Origin: Tubulanus polymorphus
Lineage: Eukaryota > Animalia > Nemertea
Reading direction: 5' to 3'
Length of the DNA: 64,000 bases
Assembly: GCF_964204645.1 (NCBI RefSeq)
Contig: NC_134031.1
Coordinates: 11,968,088 to 12,032,087, forward strand
The translations under genes and the position numbers were made by a program. Below are positions 1-11,233 of this stretch, piece by piece. The notes under the pieces were generated by a model that saw only the letters and a list, made by a program, of their open reading frames with translations, was not told where the DNA came from and ran no database searches. Numbering within the stretch: position 1 is the first letter of the stretch; every line of letters starts with the position of its first letter.

Positions 1-29
1 AAACTAAATCCATTTCAAATAAACCTTAC

Positions 30-3000
30 ATGGAAAATGTTAGAAATTATATTGATTCACTAGAAATAAAAGATACAATTGAAATATTAGAAACATTACG
101 TAGTAAAATTGGTCCTGCAGCAATTATATTTAGATTTTCTAAAGGTACAACAATAGAAGATTATAGTAAATTTAATGAAATAATAGAAAAAATACTAGAT
201 TTGATAACAGATGTTGAATATCCAAAAATTAGTATCTCTGGGAAAGTAAGTTTTATAAAGTCAGAAGAAAAAATGAATTATAATATTCAAACACTCTCTG
301 AAGAAATAATTTCAAAAACACAAATAAAAGAGAAGTTAGAAAAAATATTAAATGAATTTAAACGTCATATTGAAGAAAGATATTTTGAGGGTTCTGGCTT
401 AACATTGAATGAAATTATATATTTAGATTTAAATGTTTATAATACAAAAAGGAATAAAACATCAAAAAGTAATAAAATGTTTAAAAATGATTCAAACTTT
501 ACAACAGAAAAGGATATGAAAGCATCAAGTTATATCAAATTACCGTTTACAACAAAAGCAGTAATAAATATTCAAAATGAAGATAATAAATGTTTTCTAT
601 GGTCAATTATTAGTTGTTTACACCAAACAGAAGATATGACGCATAGTTTTAGAATAACAAATTACCAGAAATATGAAACATTATATAAAATTGATCAATA
701 TCCAGTAACTATAAAAATGATTCCTAAAATAGAAAAAATTAATAATTTAAAAATAAATGTATTCGAATTAATGCAATTACCAAAGACAAAAGGTGAAAAT
801 ATTAAAGATTATACATTGGAAGCTTTATATTTAACAGAATATTATGATGATGAAAATGCTATAGATTTGTTATATTATAAAAAAGATGAAAATGAACATT
901 ATATGTGGTTAAAACAAATTGATTTATTCTTTAGAACGGAAAGTGATCATCATCGTAAAATTTATCTATGTAGAAAATGTTTATCTAAATTTATGACTGA
1001 GAATACATTATTAAAACATAAAGAATTATGTGATAATAAAGATTTTTGTAAATCAATAATGCCAACAGAAAAAGATTATAAATTGAAATTTACTAATCAT
1101 AAATTTAAGAATATTGTTCCATTTGTAATTTATGGGGATTTTGAATCGTTGAATAAAGAATTAACTAATCAAGATAGAAAAGAAATATATAACAAAAAGC
1201 AATTATTAAAATCAATGGATAAAGGAAATGAATTAAATGAAGACGCAACACAAGACCCACCAATTATAAATACAATTAAAAAAGTTCATCAAAGAGCTGC
1301 TGCTTATGGAATTTACATCAAATCAAATTATCCCGAATTATATGAAAGTCAATATATTTCTTTTAGAGGTGAAAATGTAGTTAATGATTTTTGTGATAAA
1401 ATGATTGAATTAGAAAGTGATTTTACAAAATTATTAAACAAAAATAAAAGAATAGTTATGACAAAAGAAGATGAAATTGATTTTAATTATGCAACTCATT
1501 GTTGTTATTGAGAAAAACGTTTTTATTCATTTGATAAAAGAGTTAGAGATCATGATCATTTGAATTCAAAATATCGTGGAGCTGCTCATGAAGATTGCAA
1601 TTTACAAGCTAAAAAAGTAAATTTCGTACCAATATTATTTCATAATTTATCAGGATATGATACCCATCTATTTATAAAACAATTATCGGGAAAATTGGGT
1701 GCAATTAATCAAGAAATAGAAGAATATAATGCTATGAATGAAGCAAATGTAAGAAAATATGATTTTAAACTATTAGCTAAAATATCTGAAAATTATATTT
1801 CATTTCAATTTGGTTGCATTAGATTTTTAGATTCTTATAGATTTCTAGCAAGTTCATTAGATAATTTATCAAAAAGTTTAGTTGATAATGATTTTGTTAT
1901 AACTCGATATTATTATCCAAATGACCAAGATTTTAAATTATTGAGATATAAAGGCGCAATTCCTTACTCATTTTATAAAACACACGATGATTTTAATGTA
2001 ACAGAATTATTAAAAGATCAATTTTATGATCAATTAAAAGAGGAGTATGTGAAAGACGAAGTGTTTAATAGAACATTAAATATTTGGAACCATTTTAAGA
2101 TGAAAAATCATGGGGAATTAGTTGATTTATATTTAAAATCAGATGTTATGATATTGGCTGACATATTTGAAAAGTTTAGAGAAGTTAATCTAAACCATTT
2201 TAATGTTGACCCTTGTTATTGTTATTCAAGTCCTGGTTTAACCTGGCAATGTGGTTTAAAATATACAAATGTAGAATTAGATTTATTAAAAGAACCAGAT
2301 ATGGTTTTATTATTTGAAAAATCAATTAGAGGTGGAATTAGTGGTGTTATGGGAGATAGGTATTTTAAAGCAAATGATGAATATAAATTATTATATATTG
2401 ACGCCAATAATTTATATGGTTGGGCAATGATGCAACCTCAACCATATAAAATTTTTATATTAACAGAAGTTGAAAATGATGATAAAACTAATTGGGAAAG
2501 CGCAATTATGAGTTTAGAAGATGAAGCACCAATTGGTTATTTCTTTGTAGTTGATTTAGAATATCCTGATAACATAAAGTTTAAAACAAGAAACTTACCT
2601 TATTGCCCAGAACATTTAACTGTAGATGATAGTTATTTAAGTGAATACCAGAAGAAAATAAAACCGAAAGATCATGTTTTTACAGAAAAATTAATACTTA
2701 CTCAAAATAATAAATACAATTATATTGTTCATTATAGAATGTTAAAATTTTATCTAAAACAAGGAATGAAATTGAAGAAAGTACATAGATATATTGAATT
2801 TAATCAATCGAAGTGGTTAGAAAAATATATAGATTTCAATACTCAACAGAGAACAATATCAAAAACAGATTTTGAAAAAGATTTCTTCAAATTAATGAAT
2901 AATAGTTTTTATGGTAAAACATGTGAAAATATTAGAAATAGAAATGATATTGAATTAGTGAATAATTCTGAAAGATTAAGACATTTACAATCAAGTCCTA

Positions 3001-4715
3001 GACATTTAGGAAATAAAAGATTTGAAGATTATTTAACAGCAGTAAAATTAAAAAGAACGTCCATGAAATTTAATAAACCAATATTTATAGGTTCAACCGT
3101 TTTAGAAATTTCAAAGCTATTGATGTATAATTTTTATTACAATGTTTTACAACCATTGTTTGGGGAAAAACATATAGAAATTCTGTACTTCGATTCTGTA
3201 ACGGCCGACACCCCAATATTATTAAAATGTAATAATAAAATATTGGTAAGAAGAATTTCAGAAATAATTCCAAAACAAAATGAATGTTATATTTCATATG
3301 GTGAAAAAGAACTAATACAAATAAATGGTTTAATGGATGTTTGGACAAGAAATGGATGGAAAAAATTAAAGAATATTACTAGGCATAAAACAAATAAGAA
3401 AATCTATAGAGTTAGAACTAAATTAGGATTTGTAGATGTTACAGAAGATCATAGTTTAATTAAACGAAATGGTGATAAAATAAAACCAACTGATATAAAA
3501 ATTGGAGATGAATTATTACATAAAAGATATTTCCAAAGAATGAATCATATGTCATTCGATGAAATTATTGATAATATTTATAATATAGAACACGAAACAT
3601 TAGAAGAAAAAGAATATTTTATCAAAGGATTTTTCATGGGTGATGGTTCAGCAGGTGTGTATAAATATGTTTGGGGTAATAAATATTGTTGGTATTTATG
3701 CAATCAAGACTTAAGATTATTAGAAAGAATTAAGAAATTCTGTGAAGAAGTTTATCCAAATAAAACATTTAGAATCATGGATGTTATGAAATCATCAGCA
3801 GTTTATAGAATACTTGTAAATAATCCTAAAGATTTTGCTATAGAATATAATGATGAATTCTATATTCATGCAATAGTGAAAAGTAATACTTCAACAAAAG
3901 AAAAGATAGTTCCAGATTATGTATTAAATGCAAAAAATAATTTAAGAAAATGGTTCTTTATTGGATTCTACGCAGCTGATGGTACTAAAAAATTTACAAA
4001 GGATAAAAAGATAACCTTTGCACAGAAAGGAAAAGTTGCTATATCAGGGTTAAATATATTATGTAATTCATTAGGCTTCAATATGAATATTGGATTGATT
4101 AAATCTAAACCAAATTGTTTTAATCTAAGCCACACAGAAAAAGATTTAACTGAAGAAGTTAAAGATTTATTTGAAATATATAACCCAACTGACTATGTTT
4201 ATGATTTATCAACAGATGATGGAACATTCAATTCTGGGTTCCCATTAATCCAAAAAAATACGGATGCGTACATACTAAAAATCAAGACAAATGACATAAC
4301 AAAAGACTTAAAAACATTAAAACATCATTTTGATTTTAGTAATTATCCCAAAGATCATGAACTATTTAGCAATGATAATAAAAAGATTCCTGGTAAGTTT
4401 AAAGATGAATTAGGAGGTGATGAAATGATTGAATTTGTTGGGATAAGAAGTAAAATGTATAGTTACAGAACAAAAGATCATGAAGCTAAAAAGTTAAAAG
4501 GAATAACTAAACATGTGGTTGGTAAACATATAGAATTTCAAGATTATATAAAGTGTTTATATAAATCAATTGTAATGAAACACAAAATGAATTGTTTAAG
4601 ATCAGAAAATCATGAGATGTACATTAATGAAGTTGAAAAAACTAGTTTAAATCCATTTGATGATAAAAGGCATATTTCAGATGATGGTATAAAAACATTA
4701 CCTTATGGCCATTAA
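30..4715 (+). pseudogene. Protein-primed family B DNA polymerase (pPolB) with EndoVII/HNH insert and intein; one in-frame TGA at 1509-1511; frame open to the window edge
   Basis: ORFs 30..1511 and 1560..4715 share a frame and are colinear with the 1343-aa PolB of copy B. Motifs YGDFES, FHNLSGYD, YIDANNLYGWAM, KLMNNSFYGK, YFD/TD. TGA replaces the last Cys of CYYC. Confidence 0.93.
3195..4259 (+). mobile_element. Intein (355 aa) with LAGLIDADG homing endonuclease in PolB catalytic motif C
   Basis: In-frame insertion relative to copy B (YFD|TDSY vs YFD|SVTADTP...LIQKN|TDAY). Block A SVTADTPIL, block B VTEDHSL, LAGLIDADG motifs FIKGFFMGDGS and FFIGFYAADGT, block F YVYDLSTDDGTF, terminal KN followed by +1 Thr. 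Confidence 0.95.
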
Positions 4716-6013
4716 AACATAAAATCAATATCATCATACTCGAAATCACTATTGGATTCTTCATTTTCATTTAATTGTTCAGGTTCTTCTTCCATTCCAT
4801 TTTTCTCATTTAAATAAAGTTCTATCTTGTTCCACATTTCATCTCGCTCTCTTTGTTTCTTTTTGTTTGTTAATTCATAAAATGGAATTATAATATCTAG
4901 GTTTAAATAATTTACAATCTTATTTAAAAAGAATTCATAATTTATTGAATCTGTTATTCTATTTTCCAAATAATACATTAATATTTGTTTAAATATTTTT
5001 TTTATATTTTCCATATCTTCTTCTGTTAATTTAGGTTTTTCATAATAATCGTTAAATAATAAATATAAATACATTTTCTTTTGTTTTGTGTTAAATGTTG
5101 ATGGAATAATTGTTTTTATAATATCTTTTTTAGTTATTTCACCATTTTTATTTTCTATTATTTTCATTTTTTCAAGCCATTGCATATATTCTGGTGTATG
5201 ATCTTCTATAGAAAATATTTTAAAAATTTCATCTAGATAATTTAATTTTGGTTCTATGAGAAAATCTCTAGTTTTTTCTTCACCCCATAAATTCTTTTGC
5301 CATCCACATTCAACACAAAATAACACAGTACCTTCTTGTCTTAAGGTCGCATAACTACATTGTGGGCATTTTCGTTTATAATTTATGGGTAATAGATCTT
5401 CATTAAGCTCTTGGTATTTTCTTACGTTTTCTTTATGTTTTATTGTTCTATTATGTAGATTTGAATTACTTGTTGTAATAATCAATTTACAATATTTACA
5501 ATAATATGTTTTTCTTGTTAATTCATTATATTGTTTTTCTAACTTTTCAACTGTTTCTTTATTATCTGGTAACGTTTTCTCATATTTTATTTTTTCTAAT
5601 AAATTATTTTTTCTTTCATTGAATTCAGTTTCAAATTTATTAGAAATTTTATCTATATGTGCTTTACGAAATTGATGATTCTCCCAATCTTCTATATTTT
5701 CAGGGCTATATTTTACTTGACAAGGCTCACAGAAATGATCTTTTATATTATCCTTATCATAGAATAAGAAAGGTCTTTTCCAAATAACTTCAGGTTCAAC
5801 TTCAGCAGAATTACTATCAACATTAGCCGTTGCGCCATTAATTCTACACTTCTCTGAATGTTTTTTAACATAATTTCTTGAGAATAATTTATTACATTTT
5901 GGACAGTTTATTTTAGGGGGTTTATAATTTTCATCATGTTTTTTCATATGTCGAGCCATATTACTTTTTCTTAGAAGTTCACCACAAATTTCGCATGCTA
6001 TCTTCTCATCCAT
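4712..6013 (-). CDS. Multi-zinc-finger protein fused to a poxvirus A2/VLTF3-like late transcription factor domain
   Basis: N-terminal C2H2-type fingers, then the zinc ribbon CPQC...FCVECG and LTEEDMENIKKIFKQILMYYLENRITDSINYEFFLNKI...DEMWNKI. This matches my recollection of vaccinia A2 (IFKHLVFFCQEN...TINYSFFLDKI). Confidence 0.75.
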   Translation of the reverse strand: MDEKIACEICGELLRKSNMARHMKKHDENYKPPKINCPKCNKLFSRNYVKKHSEKCRINGATANVDSNSAEVEPEVIWKRPFLFYDKDNIKDHFCEPCQVKYSPENIEDWENHQFRKAHIDKISNKFETEFNERKNNLLEKIKYEKTLPDNKETVEKLEKQYNELTRKTYYCKYCKLIITTSNSNLHNRTIKHKENVRKYQELNEDLLPINYKRKCPQCSYATLRQEGTVLFCVECGWQKNLWGEEKTRDFLIEPKLNYLDEIFKIFSIEDHTPEYMQWLEKMKIIENKNGEITKKDIIKTIIPSTFNTKQKKMYLYLLFNDYYEKPKLTEEDMENIKKIFKQILMYYLENRITDSINYEFFLNKIVNYLNLDIIIPFYELTNKKKQRERDEMWNKIELYLNEKNGMEEEPEQLNENEESNSDFEYDDIDFMF

Positions 6014-6081
6014 TTATTAAGGAAAAATTTTATTAAAATTAATTTTTAGTGATGAGCGGTAATTTTTTTATGTTATAAATA

Positions 6082-6840
6082 ATGGTAGAATTAAAAGAAT
6101 ACAGAATATTTATTGATTCTAGAAAACTTACAAATTATAAATCTCATAATTTACTAGTACAATTAGATAGAGAATTCAAGAATTGTGTAGATTTAAAATT
6201 AGTTAATATAAGTTTATGTAATTCTTTTTATAATATATCGGATAAAAGTCTAGAACATTTAATTTTTTCAATCTTTTACAAAAAAAGGAATAAATGGTTT
6301 TTTATATATTTAAAACCAGGATTATATAATTTAGATACATTAACACAAGAAATTAATAGAAAAGCTCGAGCTAAATTAGGAAGTGATTCCGGATTTAGTA
6401 TTAGAATTTTAAAAAGTGCTAGTTCTAATAAAATAAAGATTAGGTTAGCTAATGACGAACAATTTAAATTTACAATAAGAAAACCTTTAGCTAAACTGTT
6501 AGGAATTGCACCAGATACCGTTACAGCATACGCAGAAGGTAACTCAAATATAATACCTTTTACACACTTTTATATTTATTGCAATTTAATCGATCCTACA
6601 AAAACATTTGAAGCAACTAAAGATACAATTTGTAATTCTGGTTTATTAAATATTTTACCATTAAAAAATGTCAAACAATTTGGAACTCAAATAAATTATA
6701 ATTTAACTGAATGTGATTTCAAACCTTGTATTCCACATTTCAATAATTTTAAATTAGAAATAAGAAATCATAATGGTTATTTAATTGATTTGAATAACTT
6801 TCCTGTAATTTATGAATTAGTTATAAGATGTAAAGAGTAA
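6082..6840 (+). CDS. Minor capsid (penton, single jelly-roll) protein
   Basis: Size and motifs typical of Polinton PX/penton (IFIDSR; FYIYCNLI; FKLEIRNHNGYLIDLNNFPVIYELVIR); conserved in copy B. Confidence 0.7.
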   Translation: MVELKEYRIFIDSRKLTNYKSHNLLVQLDREFKNCVDLKLVNISLCNSFYNISDKSLEHLIFSIFYKKRNKWFFIYLKPGLYNLDTLTQEINRKARAKLGSDSGFSIRILKSASSNKIKIRLANDEQFKFTIRKPLAKLLGIAPDTVTAYAEGNSNIIPFTHFYIYCNLIDPTKTFEATKDTICNSGLLNILPLKNVKQFGTQINYNLTECDFKPCIPHFNNFKLEIRNHNGYLIDLNNFPVIYELVIRCKE

Positions 6841-6856
6841 TTTTTCACCTATATAA

Positions 6857-7213
6857 ATGAATATAACTGTTGGACCGAGTATATGTTTTGGATTTGATTT
6901 TAAACGTGAGAAAGAAATGAAATTTAACATTAATGATGTAATAACACATATCAAAAATATTGCATTTTCTAATGAAACAACATTTGAGTATGAAACAACA
7001 ATAGATAAAGAAACTTTAAATGTAGAAAAGATTACTAATTTAATTAGAGAATCTTTAAGATTTTATGAATTAGATGAAGATTTTATCATAGATGATATCA
7101 AAAAAATAATAATTGAAATATATGATAATCATAAAACTAGTAATGAAATAAATGTTGAATTAATCATAAATAAGTTAACTAAATATTTTGAAGATAGTAA
7201 TTTTTTTGATTAA
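6857..7213 (+). CDS. Conserved hypothetical protein
   Basis: Near-identical homologue at 26192..26539; TAAATG start. Confidence 0.75.
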   Translation: MNITVGPSICFGFDFKREKEMKFNINDVITHIKNIAFSNETTFEYETTIDKETLNVEKITNLIRESLRFYELDEDFIIDDIKKIIIEIYDNHKTSNEINVELIINKLTKYFEDSNFFD

Positions 7214-7216
7214 TAA

Positions 7217-7438
7217 ATGAGTGATAATAAGTGGATAATAACTGGATTATATAATGGCGCATTACTATCAGTTGGAACTGTTGGTTATTCAATGGTATTA
7301 AAAAAAGTATTCAAAATGGGAAGTGTTAATGTTGATAGATTTGATATAAATGATATTCTAAAATTAACATTAGCAGTTACTTTATCTAATTTAACTATTG
7401 ATTATTTGGAAAAACAAAAATATATTCCTCCCATATAA
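7217..7438 (+). CDS. Small putative membrane protein
   Basis: Two hydrophobic stretches; near-identical copy at 26540..26761; TAAATG start. Confidence 0.7.
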   Translation: MSDNKWIITGLYNGALLSVGTVGYSMVLKKVFKMGSVNVDRFDINDILKLTLAVTLSNLTIDYLEKQKYIPPI

Positions 7439-7462
7439 ATACATAATTTTTTTGTTAAATAA

Positions 7463-7885
7463 ATGGCTTCTGCAATTATAACTATTATAGGATCGGCAAT
7501 TGTTAACGCTTTAGCATTTACTGGTGGTGGTTATTTATTTAAACATATTGATAAAAATAGTTCATTAGGAGAACAAAGAAGACATAACTTAGCGTTAGAG
7601 AAATACAATAAAGCTGCAGAAGAATATAGAGAAAAGAGGCAAAACTATATGGATTATATTAACAAAGAATTATATGATCAGAAGATTTCACATAGAGATT
7701 TTCAATCAGTTGATGATGCAATGAGTTTATATAACGCAGTAACAAATAAAGAAAAATTACATCTATACAAACCTAAATTATCAGATTATTATACCCCAAG
7801 TAAAGAACAACAGAAATATGAAATAATATGGATTTTAGGTGGAACTGTTATTGTTATATTTGTTGCTTATAAATTTACTAATTAG
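7463..7885 (+). CDS. Putative membrane protein (N- and C-terminal hydrophobic helices, central coiled coil)
   Basis: Identical protein at 26786..27208; TAAATG start. Confidence 0.75.
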   Translation: MASAIITIIGSAIVNALAFTGGGYLFKHIDKNSSLGEQRRHNLALEKYNKAAEEYREKRQNYMDYINKELYDQKISHRDFQSVDDAMSLYNAVTNKEKLHLYKPKLSDYYTPSKEQQKYEIIWILGGTVIVIFVAYKFTN

Positions 7886-7904
7886 TAATTTTTATTCTAA
7901 ATAA

Positions 7905-8339
7905 ATGGAAGATAAAGTTGATAGTATTGATATTATTCCTCATGATATAAATAAAACTAAATTAAAAACATATTTAGAAAAACAAATATTAGAATTTGAA
8001 AGTGACTTAAAGATAAAAAAGAAAAAATATTTAAAAAGTAAAATTATATATTATTTGATTATCAGTGGTTCGGTTACAATTAGTTCCGTAATAACATTTC
8101 TAGCAATATTCAGCCCATTAACACCTTTAGCTATATCAATTGGTGTATTAGGATTAAGTTCAAGTGTTTTAACTGGTATAAGTTCAAAATTAAATATAAA
8201 AAGTAATAAAGAAAAAATTAAAACTAATATAAAAGAAATTAATAAATTAAAGAACACACTAGATTATATAATAAGTTTAAATGGTCATATAACAGTTGAA
8301 GAACAAGATAAATTATTAAAAGAATTAATAAATTATTAA
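7905..8339 (+). CDS. Two-TM membrane protein
   Basis: Hydrophobic hairpin IIYYLIISGSV...VLTGI; near-identical copy at 27228..27662. Confidence 0.75.
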   Translation: MEDKVDSIDIIPHDINKTKLKTYLEKQILEFESDLKIKKKKYLKSKIIYYLIISGSVTISSVITFLAIFSPLTPLAISIGVLGLSSSVLTGISSKLNIKSNKEKIKTNIKEINKLKNTLDYIISLNGHITVEEQDKLLKELINY

Positions 8340-8356
8340 TTTTTTTAATTATATAA

Positions 8357-9745
8357 ATGGTAGATAGTTTTCCAAAAGCTTTCCAATATAATAAATCAAT
8401 TAAATATAATATTCCAGCAATAGATTTTAATAAAGATATTACATATAGAAATGAAGTTTTAGATTCATTAATTGATTTATATATTTATGTTACTGAAACT
8501 AATAATTTTAATGCAAAGATGGAAAATATATTTCATGTATATTTAATTAATTTTAAAAAATTGAAAGGTGAAAAACAATGGTTATTAAAATCTAATATGA
8601 AGTATTGGCAGAACCAATTAAATTTTGCTGTTTATTGTGCAACAACAGGATGCGGAATTTGTTGGAATGATCATTTGAATAATTCTAAATATAAATTAAT
8701 TCAAAGTTTATTTAGATTTCATACATACTTTCAAATCAGAATAATATTAAATGAATTAGAGTGCGCTTTACCAGGATCTAGGTATTTCAAAGAATTAGAT
8801 AATAATATCAATTTATCTAAGTTTTATAAAATTTGTAATGAATTTAATATAGATATAAATAATTCTGATTTTAGAACAAAAATTGGAACAATAAGATCAC
8901 TTCCTTGCCCTAAAAAGATTGCAGAATATTGTGCACTTCCCATACCATCTAATAGCTTTTATAATATCTATAATAATAAATTAGGTTATGGTAAAATAGA
9001 AACAAAAGATTTAGAAACATTAAATTTCAATAAATTACCAAAATTTTATGATCATTTAAAACAAGAAAACAATAATGGTTGGGTATATTTTATTTTAGAG
9101 AATAGTGAAGGTTTTACTAAATCAGGTATAGAAAGAATAAATCAATCTATTAGAACTTATTTGATATGTATTCTAGGATCACAAGTTGAAACAAGATCAC
9201 CGATAATTGGAAATTTGAATACATCATTCGATACACAAAAACAATTTAAAGTTTTATTTGAAGATTCAATTCATAATGATAAAAATAGATCGATTCCAGA
9301 AAACATTATAAGATATCAAAATTATTTAGATAAATCTCATGTAAGACTTAATTATTGTATAGGCCCTAATCTATTAATTATTTCTAATGATTTAGTATTG
9401 AAGATGGGAAATATAATTGGTTATAATAATCTAATTAAAACTGCAACAATAAATAATTCATTTGGGTTAAATGATATAAATAAAAAGATTATCACTGCTC
9501 CAAAATTAATGGAAGGTGAAAAAAAAAAAAAAAAAAAAAAAAAAACAGAAACTAAAACTAAGAATATTAAATTAAATAATGATTCTAAAATAAAAGATTA
9601 CAATACATCAGAAAATAATAGAACTGATAAAATTCAACATGATATAATTAAAACTGATAATGATAATAAATCACATGAAAATACTAAATTAGCTATAACT
9701 TGTATAGGAATTGTAATCGGAGGAATATTATATTTTAAATTTTAA
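8357..9745 (+). CDS. C-terminally anchored putative virion membrane protein (462 aa)
   Basis: C-terminal TM LAITCIGIVIGGILYFKF; homologue at 27679..28980. Confidence 0.75.
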   Translation: MVDSFPKAFQYNKSIKYNIPAIDFNKDITYRNEVLDSLIDLYIYVTETNNFNAKMENIFHVYLINFKKLKGEKQWLLKSNMKYWQNQLNFAVYCATTGCGICWNDHLNNSKYKLIQSLFRFHTYFQIRIILNELECALPGSRYFKELDNNINLSKFYKICNEFNIDINNSDFRTKIGTIRSLPCPKKIAEYCALPIPSNSFYNIYNNKLGYGKIETKDLETLNFNKLPKFYDHLKQENNNGWVYFILENSEGFTKSGIERINQSIRTYLICILGSQVETRSPIIGNLNTSFDTQKQFKVLFEDSIHNDKNRSIPENIIRYQNYLDKSHVRLNYCIGPNLLIISNDLVLKMGNIIGYNNLIKTATINNSFGLNDINKKIITAPKLMEGEKKKKKKKKTETKTKNIKLNNDSKIKDYNTSENNRTDKIQHDIIKTDNDNKSHENTKLAITCIGIVIGGILYFKF

Positions 9746-9761
9746 TTTTTTTATTATATAA

Positions 9762-11192
9762 ATGGAAGTAGAAGGTGTAGAAGATATTGGAATGGATCCT
9801 TTTGATGAACCTGGTATAACTGATGAACAACCACCTGATTTTGATGAAACAAGTTTTAATGATGGTAATGAAACAGCATATAATTCTAATTTAACTACAC
9901 CCCAATTTATTGACAAAGCACGTTCAAAGATAAGTATTGAAAATGAAGTACCAGAAATAACAGAAAAAGAATACAATTATCATGAAATTATTCATGATTT
10001 TAAACCAATGTTAAAAAAATCTGGTTTCAATATATCAAATAAAGGTATGGATCATTTAGTAGAAGATTTGAAATATTTAAATGGTGAATATTATTGGAAA
10101 TTGAAAGGTGACTATTATTTTAAGATTTCAAATCTTAAAAGTAGTGATAAAATAATAACACAATCAACTTTAAATTTATTAGAACAATCTAGAATTAAGA
10201 AAATCAATAATGATGTTATAACTGATGTTACAGAAAAAGAAAGATCTGATAATTTAAAAGAATTTAAACAAAGAAATGCTAAATTTTTTAAGATAATTAA
10301 TGAAATTTTAGAAACAGAAACAACTTCTGAACAGAATATAACTTCCAAAACTAGTAAACTTAAATCAAATAAAGTTCCAATTGAAAAACTTTTACCGAAT
10401 GGATTAATTGATGCAACAGATCAAGAATTAGAAGATTTAGATATATTTTCTGATAAAGCAATTAGAGAAATTATTAGTATAAGACTTGCATCTAATAAAA
10501 TTGCACATGATAAAAGTATAAGAGATTTTAAAATTAGAACTTTAGAAAAAGAATTAACTGATAAAAATAAAGAAATAGAAAAAATAAAATCTGATTTAGA
10601 TCATCAAGTAATTGATGAAATAGAATATAGGCAAAAAGAATTACGTTTAGAAAAAGAAAAAGATGATTTAGAATATAACATAGAATTACAAAAAGAAGAA
10701 ATTAAATTATTGTTAAAATCATATGATTATAATATTAATAGATTAAAAGTTATTTTTAAAGATTTGTTGATTAAACCAAATTCTGAAATATCATTAAAAG
10801 ACAGAATAAAGTTATTATTTAAATTAGAAGGAATAACAATTCTTTCAATTGTAACAGCTGTAACTATGTTATTTACAACAATTAGTTTAGCAATATCAAA
10901 TGCTTTGAAATCTACTCCTACTCCCAATAAACCAGATAAACCTCCAGGTAATAATTCTATACAAGATAAAGTTAAGGATGGTTTAAAGAAATTAGCAAAA
11001 TATTTATGGGAACTATCTAAAAAATCTGCTGCAGCATTGCCAGGAGTTATTGCTTCAATTGTTGGTTTTATATTGAAATCTGCAGGAAACATTATTAACT
11101 TTGCTGCTGAACATATTATTTTATTTTTAATTACAGTTGTAAGTGCTATTATTTTTGGTTTAGTAAATATGATATCAAAAAATATCAAGTAA
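9762..11192 (+). CDS. Coiled-coil membrane protein (acidic N-terminus, C-terminal hydrophobic helices)
   Basis: Charged heptad-rich centre and multiple hydrophobic segments; homologue at 28997..30457. Confidence 0.75.
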   Translation: MEVEGVEDIGMDPFDEPGITDEQPPDFDETSFNDGNETAYNSNLTTPQFIDKARSKISIENEVPEITEKEYNYHEIIHDFKPMLKKSGFNISNKGMDHLVEDLKYLNGEYYWKLKGDYYFKISNLKSSDKIITQSTLNLLEQSRIKKINNDVITDVTEKERSDNLKEFKQRNAKFFKIINEILETETTSEQNITSKTSKLKSNKVPIEKLLPNGLIDATDQELEDLDIFSDKAIREIISIRLASNKIAHDKSIRDFKIRTLEKELTDKNKEIEKIKSDLDHQVIDEIEYRQKELRLEKEKDDLEYNIELQKEEIKLLLKSYDYNINRLKVIFKDLLIKPNSEISLKDRIKLLFKLEGITILSIVTAVTMLFTTISLAISNALKSTPTPNKPDKPPGNNSIQDKVKDGLKKLAKYLWELSKKSAAALPGVIASIVGFILKSAGNIINFAAEHIILFLITVVSAIIFGLVNMISKNIK

Positions 11193-11233
11193 ACCATGAT
11201 AAAAAATAAATAATTAATTTTTTTGTTAAATAA

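Noticed and set aside
1509-1511. In-frame TGA at a Cys position as selenocysteine or an alternative genetic code
   Set aside because: The other premature stops replace Trp (TGA 28315) and Tyr (TAA 29939), another TAA lies at 15707, and TGA ends normal genes here, so point-mutation decay is simpler.
9519-9545. Poly-A run encoding a functional poly-Lys tract
   Set aside because: Not conserved in copy B; likely slippage or a sequencing artefact.
10727-11197. Antisense ORFs conserved in both copies (also 29992..30489, and others such as 16353..16976)
   Set aside because: Shadows of sense genes; conservation is explained by near-identical DNA.
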